From Cenococcum geophilum (lineage: Eukaryota), in contig CP158635.1 of NCBI GenBank assembly GCA_050273025.1, positions 6,324,001-6,388,000 on the forward strand: 64,000 bases of DNA, written 5' to 3'. Made by a program: the position numbers and the translations under genes. Each line of letters starts with the position of its first letter. Within the stretch, counting starts at the first letter, position 1. Positions 1 to 13,568 of the stretch are shown here, in pieces. A model generated the notes under the pieces. That model was not told the origin of the DNA. It was given only the letters and a program-made list of their open reading frames with translations, and did no database searches.

Positions 1-2296
1 CAGTAGAGAGCAAAAGGACAGGGACAGGGGTTAGGATTTCTTACAGTTTTTCTTACCATCTTCTCTTTCCCTAGTAGTTGTAGTATCTTAGTATTTTTAC
101 TAGGAAACTATAAACTCCTAATTTAGGGGTTTATAAACTACTAGGACATAGCTACTAGTATATATTAAGCTGCCTAAAAAAGGATTTATGTATATAGAAC
201 TATAGCGCCATAGCCCAGAGGCTGCATGCGCAGTATTGTACGTAGTATAATATAATGGATAAAAAATAAAAATAAAAATAAAAAGGGGGAGGTGATTAAA
301 CCCCTAAAACTATTAAGTATACTATAGTAGAGCTATATACACTCTTAGTGCGAGTATACCTATAAAATGTATATCGGCTGTACCCCTCTCTCTACTAGCT
401 CCTAGAAGCACACTACTACGCAATAGTTACTTTAATCTTTATAGCCCCTAGCCTACCAGATATATATAAGGAGGAAATTAATATCTTCTTTAATAAGCTA
501 GTAAGTATACTCCCGCAGAACTCTAAGTATAACTATATAATTAACCTAGAAGAAGGCAAAACGCTACCGTAAATGCCCCTTTATAACCTCTTATAGAAAG
601 AGTTACAGATCTTATAAGAGTACCTAAACAGTGCTCTTAAAAAGGGCTGGATTAGGCCTAGCAAGTCGCCTACTAGAGCGCCTATCCTCTTTATACTAAA
701 AGCAGATAGTATAATATAGCTATACGTTAACTATAGACGCCTAAATAAGATTACAATTAAAAATCAGTACCCCCTACCGCTAGTTAGCAAACTCTTTAAT
801 AGGCTTAGCTATATAAAGATATTTATAAAGCTAAATCTTTATAATACATATTATAGGATTTATATTAAAAAGGGAGATAAATAGAAGACCGTATTTAAAA
901 CACGCTATGGTCACTTTAAGTACCTAGTAATGCCCTTTAGTCTTATTAACGCCCCTATAACTTTCTAGAGCTACATTTATAAAGCTCTAAAAACCTTAGT
1001 AGATACTATCTATATAGTTTACCTAGATAATATTCTTATTTACTTAAATAATAAGGATAAGTATGTTAAGCACGTTAAGTAGGTACTGCGATAGCTTTAC
1101 GCTTAGGGCCTATACGCTAAACTATTAAAATATATCTTTTATACTAAGAACATTAAGTTTTTAGGCTTTATTATTACCCCTAGGGGTATTATAATAGACC
1201 CTAACCGCGTAAAAGCTATTAAGGAATAGCCTAAGCCTAAGTCCTATAGGGACATCTAGGTCTTCCTTAGCTTTGCTAACTTCTATAGGCGATTTATCTA
1301 GAACTACTTAGATACTATATACCCCCTATACGTATATCTTATATAGGCATATCGCAACCTAATATTAGATAGAGAGAAGAAGTAAAAGCGTAAGTTAAAA
1401 GGGCCTACTAAATAGTATTAACCTTGGTCCTGGCCTAATAACGCATAGTAAGCGTTTTGTAAGCTACGCGCTATATTTATATAGGCTCCTCTACTTTACT
1501 ACTTTAACCCTAATCTACCCCTAATAGTAATTACTAACGCTTCTAATTATACCTATAGCGGTATACTTCTACAGCCTTTAGGGTAAGGAGATTAACTCCA
1601 CTAGCACCTAATCGCTTATTATAATTAGAAGCTTACTAGCCTAGAAGTATAATATAATACGTATAATAAAGAACTACTCGCTATAGTGCAATACTTTAAG
1701 ACGTGGCGCTATTACCTTAAATACGCCGCGTATATAACGCGCGTGCTCTATAATTATAATAATCTTAAGTACTTTATAACTACTAAGAGCTTATTTACTT
1801 ACTAGGCCTAGTATATTAAGGAACTAGCTAAGTTTAATTTTAAGATTAAATATAAGCTAGGTAAAGTAAATCCCACTAATATACTACTCTAGCGCCCGGA
1901 TTATACTAACGGCTTTAAAAATAGCAGTAAGAGGATAATCCTTAATGCTATACTGCCTATATTATAGCAAAAGTTGCGGGTTATAGGCCTTATAGGCGGC
2001 CCTAGTGCTACTATACCACACTAATAAGTAGTATACGTGTAGTATATAAGCGACCCTTATAAACTTAGCGCCGGCGGATTAGAGCGTCCTACTATTCTCT
2101 TTAAGACTACTTTAATTAACCTAATGGCGCTTAACCCTAAGGAAGACCCCTTAGCCTAGGTTATAGTCCCCTATAATAACCTGGCGAGTTACCTATATAT
2201 TATATATTACTTTATTAGCACTAACTTCGCGTAGAGTCTCGTGCCACGGTAAGAGGTAGTAGTAGCTACTTTAGCTAAAACAGCGTTTACGGAATA

Positions 2297-2713
2297 ACGT
2301 AATTCACAAGCAAGTGGCCAGCACAAGCATGTGGCCACCCCACCAAAATCACCAAAAACCCAAAAAATCGTTCTTTAATATTTTAACAACGGCTTAATAA
2401 TAAATTATAAAAATTTATAATTAGACTCTTGTACTTGCTTTAAGACCTCTATTAAAGTTTTAGAGTAATTAGTTTAGCCGTTCTTAATATATTACGATTT
2501 AGCTTTTCAATTTAAGCCTAATTATTATATCTTAAGAACCACTTTTTAAATTACTTCAAAACTTTAATAGAGGCCTTTAAATAAGTATAAGAGTCTAATT
2601 ATAAAATTTTATAATTTATTATTAAGCCGTTGTTGAAATATTAAAGAACGATTTTTTGGTTTTTTAGTGAGGTGGCCACATGCTTGTGCTGGCCACTTGC
2701 TTATAGATTACGT
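2297..2713. mobile_element. Foldback MITE with Fot1/pogo-like ACGT termini, inserted in the Gypsy pol
   Basis: Begins ACGTAATTCACAAGCAAGTGGCCAGCACAAGCATGTGGCCACC and ends with the near reverse complement. Arms pair over ~170-190 bp. TA on both sides (2295-2296, 2714-2715). Confidence 0.9.
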
Positions 2714-5250
2714 TAACCCCCTAAGTCACTAGTTAATTTTATTTATAGAGTATAAAAAAGGGACGCCTTTACACGCTTTATATATAATTAGTTAACCTAA
2801 AAATAAGTTCCTACTAGTAATAAGGACTATACCCTTAATAATTAAGGACTCCTAAGGTAAAATAATAAGGTCTAGGTGCTAAATTATATACTACTATAAT
2901 AGGAGATCCTTAAGCGGAATTATAACGATCCTATAGGCGGCCACTATGGTTTTAACTATGCCTTTAAGGTAATTACGCGAAAGTATACTTAGAACGGCCT
3001 TACCTAGAACCTCTATAAATACCTAGATAATTATAATACCTACTAACGCTCTAAATCGCGCCGCTATAAACCCTATAGTAAGCTATAGCCTCTCTAGGTC
3101 CCTACCTAAGCCTAATAATATTATTTACTTAACTTTATTATAGATCTCCTAGAGTCTAAGACTCCTAATAGCGTAGAGTATAACTCCGTTCTTATCCTTA
3201 TAGACCGTTTTATAAAGCTAGTACACTACTATTTAGTGCGTAAGATAATTAATGCTACGCAACTCGTAGAACTCTTATTTAGAGTCTTTATGTAAATAGG
3301 GTCTTTAGATAATATTGTCTCTAATAGGGGTAGTATATTTATAAGCGAGTACTAAAGTACTATATGCTACTATCTCCGCATTTAACGTAAACTTAGTACT
3401 ATATTCTACCCGTAAATAGATAGTTAGATAAAGCGTTAGAACTAGGAGCTTAAGGTATACTTACGCATATTTACAAACTAGGAACAGTTTAATTAGGCCT
3501 CCCTACTTAAAGAAACAGCCTTTACCTATAACTCTAAGGTCTATACTATAATAAAGCGTTCCCCTATTAAGCTTACCTATAGCTAGCTACTAAATATTCT
3601 AGATAAAGTTCTAGATAGCGTCTAAGACGCCTAGTAAGGTAGGGAGAGGTCTAAGTTAACAAATATCTAACTTACAGAGATATATTTATAACGCCTACGC
3701 CTTATATATAAGGTAGCGGCAGCGTCAATAATACACACCTAAAAGCTTTAGGTAAAATACTATAATCGTCACTACCTAGCTAAGCACTTCGCCGTCGGTA
3801 AATAAGTCCTACTCTCCTTTAAGAACATCCGCATAAAACGTCTCTATAAAAAGCTTAACTATAAGTTTATAGGACCGTTTTAGATCCTAGAGTGTATAGG
3901 GCAGTAAGTATATAAGCTAGAGCTCTTATTTACTATAGTACGGCTCTACCTAGTCTTCTATATCTCCCTACTAGAGCCTTATAGATTACGCCCTAGGTTT
4001 TAACCCTTAGTAGTAAAAGAGCTTAAGGAAAGTAGCTAGGAAGTAGAAGCAATTATTACCTACTAAGATCGTGCTAGATAACTGTAGTACCTTATTAAAT
4101 AGCTAGGATAGCTAAATAAGTATAATAAATAGAAATATAAGACAGAACTTAATAATTATTAATAACTGCTAGATAAGTACCGTAAGTAAAATACCCTAGC
4201 CTTATAGCTAAAGCGTAGGCAAAAAGCAAGCGCCGCTATTAAAATATAACCTATATTAAAGCGGAGCAGAGGACGTCCTAAGGGATTAGAGAATAAGTAA
4301 CAATTACTATAAGAACTGCGGCATATATACGGGGTAAAGTTTTAATTTATTAATATCCTATATAAGCCACACTCTAACGCAACCTAGTAATGCTAGTAAC
4401 TTATAGGCGACTTATAGGCGAGGCTATAGTGTATACCGGCAATAAAGCTTAATTTAAAAAGCACCCTTTCTAGACCTAATCTGTTACTCTATACTAGCTA
4501 AGCAGATTATTTATATATTAGAGAATAGGCCCGTTTATAACTAGGGTCTATTTAACTAGGGTCTATAACCTATTAGTGACCTACTAGTAGTAACCTATAC
4601 TAATAACTTATACTATTTTACGCATATGCTATATAGATAACGCGTACAGCTAAAGTATAGGTTAGCGGCGAATTTAACGGGTATATAGCCTTGCCGTCCT
4701 AAACCTAGCTATATATAAGTAACCTATAACCTACCTACAAAGTATATACGGCGCTACGCCAGTATAATATAAGGCTAAAGTAGGGTTAGCGGCGGATTTA
4801 ATAGGTATATAACCTTACCGTTTATAAATTTAGCTATATATAAATAACCTACAACCTACCCGTAAGGTACTAGCGACCTATATATATAAGCGAGCTTTTA
4901 GAATATTTCTAGTCTACTAAATTTAGGTGACGGTCTTAAGCCCTACTAGCTCTACCTGTTAAATAGACCAATTAGAATTTTCTATACTAGGTATAGAAAA
5001 TTACTATTAGCTTAGTTAAATGCGGGGGAGTCTTAATAAGGCAAATCTAACTAATTAGACAACTTTAACCGCTAGTTAAAGTTCCTTAACATCTTCGCGC
5101 CGCGTATATATACTACCCGTCTCTTTATATACAAAATTAAAACGCTCTTTCCCTTCTAAATTTTTTCCTTATTAAGGTTTTTTATAGGGTTTTATTAAGG
5201 CTTAAGTATATAAAGGATTAGGGATAACCCTTTTTAAAGGGGGGGGGCAT

Positions 5251-5475
5251 TGTTAGGTAAAATCTAAGTAGATAGCTATATAGCTATAAGGTATGGGCGA
5301 CCCTAGGGCAACCTAGGGGTAACTCGCCCGTAAGGTATGTACTCTATATATGCCTAGGGAAAACCCTTCCTACCTCGCACATAGACTCCTCCTTTTCCCT
5401 TAAGGATTCGTCTCTATCTATACAATATACCTATTGTTCTATTATTAGACTTTCTATCTACATCCTTACCTCACA
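5251..5475 (+). repeat. 3' LTR of the first Gypsy element
   Basis: Follows the PPT. Termini TGTTAGGTAA ... TTACCTCACA are near-perfect inverted ends (TG...CA). Confidence 0.75.
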
Positions 5476-7176
5476 CGCCTACTACCTAAATTACCCCCAC
5501 CTATTATAAAACTAGCTTACTTAATAGGCTACTAACTTCTTCCATCGTAAATTTAATTAATTGTTAATATTAGAAATACTTAGCAATAAGTTTAAGCACC
5601 TTAATATAGCTAAACTACTACGTAGGCAAGGCAGGTAAGAGCGTAAGAGAGACGCTAAACAGCCTCTTTTAGAGGAAGCTCTCTTTAAGTGGCACTAACA
5701 CCTATAGAACTCTCGCATTCCTATTTCTGGCGAGCTTATATATATTACCGCCGCTTAGTTATAGTAATGGATACCTATATTAGCTAATACACTAGAGCTA
5801 AAGTAGTCTATTAGCTAGTTAGAAGGCTTTAAATCTCGCAATAATATTCGTAAAAGAAAGTAGCACGGTAAGGCTGCTTTAGTTAATATAGAGGGGGTAA
5901 AGGATCGCATAATAGAGCTTTAAGCAATTATTGCACCTTATTTACTAAATAATATTTATAATATAGATAAGATAAGGCTATTTTGGAAGGCTATACTAGA
6001 TACTATATTAGCTACTAAGGCTTAATTAGGAATAAAGAAATAGAAGGCATAAATCTCTCTAGGAAATTATATAAATATAAATAGCTCTAATAAGCTTCCT
6101 CTTCTTATAATTAGCTTAACACAACGGCTACGTTGCTTTACGGCTAATAAAGTTAGTATAACCTTATTAGATATTATCTAGAGGTATAATAAAAAGGCCT
6201 AGATAATAACAGTTATTATACTTAACTAGCTTACCTAGTTTAACAAAAGGATGTCTAGTAAGAAGGTGCTCCTCTTAATTAATAGCTATAGCGCCTATAA
6301 AGCAGCCGTTTAAACAATCTTTAAGAACAGCTCTCTTAAGAATACGCGCGTTAAGTTCCTTCCTCTAAATTGCACCTTTGTATACCAGCCTCTTAACTAA
6401 GGAATAATTATAAACTTTAAGCTTTTCTACCGAAGATATTAGATGCAGTTTATAGTAAAGTAATTACTTAAAAACTAAGATCTAATTAAGCAGATGCATA
6501 TCCTATAGGCGATTTAATGGATAATTATAGCTTAGTAGGAAGTTATACTAGAGATAATTAAGAACTACTTTATTAAATCTACGTTATTTGGCTCTTGTAT
6601 AGGCCTATAGCCTCGCCCTTAGGGTTATATAGATCCTCCTATTGTTAATAAGCTGCAGGCAATAGTAGAAGAGCTATAAGCAGTAGGAATAATCCATGCT
6701 ATAGTAAATATTTAGGATTTTATTAAGCTACTGGGTAAGAAAATAGAGGATTTAACGAAGGATCTTATTAAGTATATAGCAGAGCTCTATATAGGGCCCG
6801 ACCGCAATGCAGAGACGGATAAGAAAGTCATTAAGCAACCTTAAATTAAGCTTAACGAGGCGCTTAACGCCTTATAAAAGCTTTATCTTTATAAGGAATA
6901 GTAGGAAGATTATAATAAAGACGTAATTATAACTCTATTAAGGCACGAGCGACGACTTTAAAATCGACGAGGTCGGAACGCCAAACAGCAATCAATTACG
7001 ACGTATTTTAGTGTAGCCAATCGCTCAATTGCGGCTTCACGGGCGTAGATATATAATATCATTACCTAATTTTAATTTTGAGTGCATTTTACATACAAAT
7101 ACGGAATATAACGATACCCTTGGTATTACGATACGGTCGGCTAAATAAGTCGTATCGTTATAAGGGGTTTTAACTG
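5476..7176 (+). mobile_element. pogo/Tigger (CENP-B-like DDE) DNA transposon relic, interrupted by the Gypsy
   Basis: De-RIPed motifs WLEGFKSRNNI..HGEAASVD (~5815), IYNMDETGLFWK (~5955), VLLLID..SAH (~6265), FLPPNCTSVYQPLDQGII (~6355). Right TIR ...ATAAGGGGTTTTAACTG followed by TA. Confidence 0.85.
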
Positions 7177-7178
7177 TA

Positions 7179-8121
7179 TACTATAACAGACGGTTAAATA
7201 TAAGCAATACGCGGGTATAAGTACTTACAGCTTACTAAAATATAATATTCTATAGGATCGTCTAATTAATATAGGCCTATATATAGCTGGCTACCTAAAA
7301 TAGCTAGTGTTTACTACTGCTGGGTATAGAAAAGACTTAAGTATTTAGTTTGGATAGTGTTTATAAAGTACTACTATAGCTATTATAATTAAGAATAAGA
7401 CTATATTTTAATTTTAAATAGCTAATAATATAGCTAGTCTTTAAGCTAGATAGCAAATTTTATATAACTAAAGTCTCTTCCTACCTTCTAGGCCGTCCTA
7501 GAATAGATCTACTCTATACTTTTATACTATTAATATAACGGGGTTCTTTAAAAGGAACCGCTTATTAATAATTTGGTATCTATATTTACTAATAAGCTTA
7601 CTATACTTACCTAGGTAAAGATTATCCTAGTTAATAGGGAAGATATAGCTATAGTTTTAGCTAATTAATAGAGGCTCTTATAATGTAGAGTTATTCTACT
7701 TATTTAATTTAGGCGTGTCTTTAATTGCGAGGGGAGTAGAAGTAGTAGATCTATAACGCCTATAGGATACTAAAGAGCTTAATTAACGCATAGATTGTAA
7801 ACTTAATAAAAAAGGACTAGAGGAAGAAGCTCTACTAGTCGGTTAGCTGGTAAAATGTAAGGTATATTATATTTTCCGTAGTAATAAAAAGGTTAATATA
7901 AACGCGTTTATATACGCGACGGGGAATTTGGAGAAAACTGTACTATTTTATATAAATATCCCAGGGTTTTCCCGCCCGAATTTTAGCCAAAGACTCTTAG
8001 ATCCTTAACCTCTACTAAAAGCTTTAAAACACCACCAAATTGATCCTTTCTTACCACCTATGCAGCGAGCTGACGGCTCGCTGCAGTCTTACCGCTGACT
8101 GACTGCTTATATAAGCAGCTG
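7179..8121 (-). mobile_element. Probable hAT transposon 5' portion (BED-finger relic)
   Basis: Minus-strand de-RIPed reading resembles a BED finger (VWKH...LWLCKICH, ~7450-7540). Candidate terminus CAGCTGCTTATATAAGCAGTCAGTCAG at 8121, with a subterminal hairpin TGCAGCGAGC-TGACG-GCTCGCTGCA. Confidence 0.5.
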
Positions 8122-11100
8122 GCTGCCAGCGACGCTGCCTGTTAGTGTCAATCCAGATCGGGTTTTCTTACCACCGTCTTACTACCGTCTTACTACCGTC
8201 TTACTACTGTCTTTAATGCCTAGTGCCCTAGGTCTTACCACCCGTTTCTATTACCTATTTTGACTTAGTTGCCTGGACCTACCTTATGTATAAATAGCTT
8301 CTTTTCTTCATAGTTTAAATAGACAGAGAGTCCTTATTCTTTACTTACTTATCAGTGCACGGACTACCGATCGACAGTTATAAGCCCGGGTGACTTGCCG
8401 TATTACACCTATTGATTTAATTAATCCTATCCCTCATTAAATACTTTATTTATCTTTGCAAGCACCTCTTAATATAACCTCTTAAACTACCCAAGCTGTT
8501 ACTATAACGGTAATATTATCAAACCAAGCTAATTGGGACGAATGGATCGACCTTATTAGGCTTTGAGCTTAAATAGGAGATGTATAGGAATACGTCGACC
8601 CCTTAACCAAATAGGATTAGTTGCCCTATTTGCTTAAACCAGTCTTTCCTAGGCCTTAAGATGTAAAGATAGGAATAACCTTATATGTAGCTCTCTCTAA
8701 GGATGAGAAGGACAAGCTTTAAATTCTCCGTAAGAGGTATAAGACAGTAGAGAAGGAATATAAGAAGTAGAAGGCAGCTTTAACCTCCCTACGAAGCTAT
8801 ATCACTGGTGTAGTGGCTAGGAACCTTAACACCTATATATTAGGTATTAACTCGGTATATAACACCCTGGTAGCTCTTAAGGAGAGGGTTACCCCTACCG
8901 ATACAGCATATAAGCTATACCTATCCACTTAATATGCTAAGGTTAAAAAGGGTCTAAAGAACTAGAACTTTAAGGCCTAGTTATAGTAGTGGGAGAAGAT
9001 ATATAACGACTGCAAAAAGATTAAATTGCCAGACGTATACGGCGACCGTGCGATTAGAGACTTTTTGATGGCGGTAAAGCTAGTATTACTAAACTAGGCT
9101 TTAACGTGGAGGGTTAAATTTAATAAACATAACTGGGCTAGTGACCAGATAATATCTATAGATCGACTAGTCGAAATATATTGGAATTATTGACGAATAG
9201 AGACTGCCCAAAAGAGAAGGGATTAGCTTAGCGCCAATGCAGTAGGCTTTTAGGGCAAGTTGATTAACAAAGCTCCTAAGGACAAGGCTCCTAAGGATAA
9301 GGCTTCTAAGGATAAGACCTCTACTATTACATCGTCTAGGACGTTATAGAAGAAAGACGCCCCACCGTGCTACTGTGGAGATGTTTACTGGTTTCTGGAG
9401 TGTCCTTATATTAACAAATCGGTTTAATTAAAGAATTGGAAATCTGATAAAGCCACGGCTATAAAAGTTGAGGAAAGGATTGTAAGCGCATTAGATTGGA
9501 CTAAGTTAAAGATTAAGAAGATAAGGAAGGAGGCTTTAGGTAAGGAAGCTCTATAAAAGGAAGCCATACGGAACCCAGACGGAAGTTAAAAGGAAGATAA
9601 CCACGGTATCTTCGCCGTATACTAAGTAGGCGCCTATAACGTAGGTTCTAACTATAAGCTGTGTAATAGCGTAATTCTTAATAACGGAACCACGATACAT
9701 ATTATTAACGATTAATTGAGATTCGTTAACGAGCTCTAACTAAGTAATGACTTCGTATATGCCGGAACGGGCCTAGATCTAGTTAAGGGTATAGGGATAG
9801 CAGTAGTTACGATCCAGACGCTAGCAGGCCCTAAGAGGATCCTACTGGCTAATGTAGCATATGTACTAGCGTTCTATACGAATTTGGCCTATCTAGATAG
9901 GTTTAATAATAAGAACATATGGTGGGATAATAAAAAGAACCTACTATATTATAAAGACGATTATAAGACATTTGCCTATTACGGGCGATATTATAACTAA
10001 AATATGCTTAAATATAATGAGCTAAAAGCCTTATTTGCAATCTAATCGCGAGACCCCCTTCCTAATTAAGAAGTAGTAGGAAGGCTCTGGTATAAGAGAC
10101 TAGGCTATATAGGACCGAAGGTAATTAAGCATCTGCCTTAGGAGGTAGGAGGTGCGAAGCTTTGAGGACCGGCGACGATTGACTGTGAATCCTGTGCTGT
10201 CAGCAAGGCTCATGAAATTGTATTAAGAAGAGCACCTACCGATAAGGCAATGAGGCCCTTCTACCGTATGCATATCGACCTATTTTAAGAGATCGTGGCG
10301 TATAACGGTCACAAATGGACGATACATTTCTATGATGAATTTCTGCGAATGAACGAGGTAGAGACCTTTGCCTAAAAGTCGTTGTTAACGCAAGTAATTA
10401 TATGATATTCGAACAGGGTGAAGCGTCGATATAATTAGAAGATTGCGGTCATCTAAGTCAATGGCGAGACCTCCCTTGGTGGCGACTTCTATAGTTGGAC
10501 GAACTAAGAAGGAATTATAGTAGAGCAATCGGCCCTATATACGAAGTCTTAGAACGGTTCTACTGAACGTTCTGGGGGGGTAATTATTATTAAGTCTCGC
10601 TATATGCGAATCAAAGCTCGATTACTAGAAGAGCTTTAGCTAGAGATTATTAGAGTTATAGTATATTTAATTAATCGGACACCGAACGCCCAGCTCAGCT
10701 AGATAACACCTTTTGAAAAGCTTTAGTTAGCACTAGGGCTCTTACCATTAAAGCCAAATATAGCCCATCTACGTGTATACGGCTGTAGAGCCTACCTACT
10801 TAAATATAACCTCCCGCGCACTTAAAAGCTTAAGCTAAGAGCTTATATTAGATACCTAGTTGGGTACCAGTTAACGAATATCTTTAGGGTCTATATACCC
10901 AGTAAAAAAAAGGTAATTTAAATAAGAGACGTTATATTTAATAAGCAATTGCTCTATAACGATAATTAGCTAGATCTCGCGAATCTGCTTTAAAAACGCG
11001 CTGATTAAATTTTGGAGGTAATTAATGTGTCATATATTAATAGGACGCTTTAGGAAGAGCTTGACGAAACGTTAGATAAGGATAATAAGACTTTAGATAA

Positions 11101-12988
11101 GATTTAAGTGGAAAATAGTGGAAATTAATAGGTAGATTTTAGTAGAAATTAAAACCAAGTGACTAATTAAGATAATAACGTAGTAAACTTATAAACCTTA
11201 AAGGACGATTTCCTACCTGCCCTTCCTACCCTAGATAAGACGCTAGAACCTCAGTTAATTCCTACTAAAGAATCCTTAAGCTCCTTAGCTCCCTCTACCC
11301 GTTAACAACCGTATTACGAATACGTACCTATAAAGGATAACTCAAAGGATAAAGATGGCGCAGCTATTAAGGAAGACAATATTATAAAAGGTAAATAATT
11401 AAGGAGGCTACCTAAATAATATATGGCTTATTTAACTTACCTTAAGGAGGTAGATAGCTTTAAAGCGCTTTAGGCAGCCTTTTACGTAGGCCTAAAATAT
11501 TATAGGAAAATCTATCGCGATAAGTTACCACCTCCGCCTAAGAACTGGAAGGAGCTTATAAGATACTAGTATAGGGAAGATTTCCTTACTGCTGCTATAA
11601 AAGAATACACTAACCTAGAAGGTTGTGGAACGTTTAAGGTTATAGATAAGTCACTATTAGTCAAAACAGTGCCTATAACCTGGAGATTTACCTATAAAAC
11701 GGACACCAATAGATATCTAACGAAGTTTAAAGCATAACTCTGTGTAAGAGGTAATCTATAAGAGTTAATTTATAAGGACACCTATACGGCAACTCTGGCA
11801 GCTAAAGTCTTTAGAGCTCTCGCAGTAGTTATTATAGCATTTAATTTAGACGTTTGGTAGGGCGACACTGTTAACGCGTTCGCGAATAGCTTAATTAACG
11901 AAATAGTCTATATTAAGTATCCGGATGGATTTACTATTAAGGGCAAATGTTTATTACTACGTAGAGCTCTCTACGGACTTCAATAATCGCCATGTCTTTA
12001 GTATAACAACTTAAGTTAGGAACTAACTAAATTAGGGTTAAAGCCTGTTAGCGGAGAGCTGTGTCTCTACTATAACAATTAGCTAATTGTGTTCTTCTAT
12101 ATAGACGATATCTATGCCGTAAGTACTAAGGGGAACTAGTTAGAGCTTCTAAGCTTTAAAACTGCGCTTATAAAGAAATATAAGATAAAGGACCTAGGTA
12201 AACTGTTGTTAGGAAAACGGGAGGGTAGTAGGGGCTAGCTAGGGGCTAGCCCGGGGCTAGCCCGGGGTCATTTTAGCTGGATCCGCTAATCTACTTATAT
12301 ATACTTATTTACACTAGCCCAGGGCTAGCCCGGGGCTATATTAGCAATATTAGCACATTTTATATATTTTATACGTTTTATATATTTTATACGTTTTATA
12401 TATTTTATACGTTTTATATATTTTATATAATATTTCCTATAGCTATAATATATATAATTATAATAAAATTTAAAATTTAAAATTAATAGTAGCTATAAGG
12501 GATATCTCTCGCAGAGTCTCTAAATTATTAATTAGCGGCGTTCCTGATAATCCGCTAGCTATATACTAATTTCCTAACTAGGCCTAGTGCCTATTCTACC
12601 TGTCCTGCCTATCCTGCCTATCTTCCCTATCCTACCTATCTTACCTATCCTACCGTCTGACCGTCCTACTTGTTTATGCCTACCTATCTATACCTGCCGG
12701 TTGTGCCTACTTATCTATGCCTACCTGTCTATATCTATAATTTAGGGGAGAGATTGGCCAGATTAAAGGCTCTGCTTAATTTAATTGCGATTAATTATAT
12801 TAATTCGAATCGTTCTCTCTGGGCGTTTGCTGGCTATATGTTTAAACGGTAGTCGTCTAGGGTGCCTCCCTAAGAGGCCTTAATTTGATTTAATTTGGTA
12901 ATGGGATGATATTAAGGCTCTAGTTTGATTTAATCGATTGATTGAATTGATCGTGGTGTTTGCTGGCTGGTCGTTTAAACGATTATCG

Positions 12989-13080
12989 TCTGGCTCTGGC
13001 GACGGTCGTCTGGTTCTGGCGACGGTCGTCTGGTTCTGGCGACGGTCGTCTGGTTCTGGCGATGGTCGTCTGGTTCTGGT
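12989..13080 (+). repeat. 20-bp minisatellite (GACGGTCGTCTGGTTCTGGC) x~4.5
   Basis: Direct head-to-tail copies with no spacers. Confidence 0.9.
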
Positions 13081-13414
13081 CACAGTCCTCTAGCTACCGT
13101 TCTGGTGCCTCCCTAAGTAGGGAGGATGTAAGGAAGGAAGGAAGGAAGGGTAAAGGTGGCATTTAGGTGTATAAGGGGTATGTAAAGGCACGTGTAGAGG
13201 CTATTGGGAATATAGTGGGGACCCGATGGTACTTCGGACGATTTAGATAATAAGGAAAATTAAAGTCCTGCTAGGAGCCTGCTAGGAAGCCTACTAGGAG
13301 CCTGCCTGGAGGCCTTTAGGATTTTAATACCCTAATAGTAATAAATATAATAATAGTAATAATATTTATTTTATAGCTATAAGCTAGTATAGTGCTAGCG
13401 TATAGCTCTAAGGC

Positions 13415-13568
13415 TTAGCTAATATGGCTAAAAGCTAGCCCTAGGCTAGGGGGGGTTAGCTAATATAGCTAAAAGCTAGCCTTAGGCTAGGGGGGGTTAG
13501 TTAATATGGCTAAAAGCTGGCCCTGGGCTAGGGGGGGTTGGCTAATATGGCGGAAAGCTAGCCCCGGG
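13415..13568 (+). repeat. 40-bp subterminal tandem repeat x~3.5
   Basis: Unit GCTAATATGGCTAAAAGCTAGCCCTAGGCTAGGGGGGGTT; copies differ by transitions. Confidence 0.85.

Larger units (their letters stand above)
1..5475 (+). mobile_element. Ty3/Gypsy chromovirus, RIP-degenerated, 5' part outside window
   Basis: Stop-riddled pol relics: RT YPLPLVSKLFNRL (~768), FKTRYGHFKYLVMPF (~893), YLDNILIY (~1020); RNase H; integrase; chromodomain-like *EVEAIIT (~4037). G-rich PPT at ~5236-5247 precedes the 3' LTR. Confidence 0.9.

Noticed and set aside
8061..8085. Hairpin as a Helitron 3' end
   Set aside because: No CTRR terminus at the expected spacing and no Rep/helicase relic; better explained as a hAT subterminal structure.
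12989..13080. Regular short repeats resembling a CRISPR array (also 41640-41940)
   Set aside because: Head-to-tail units without unique spacers, no cas genes, eukaryotic TE context.
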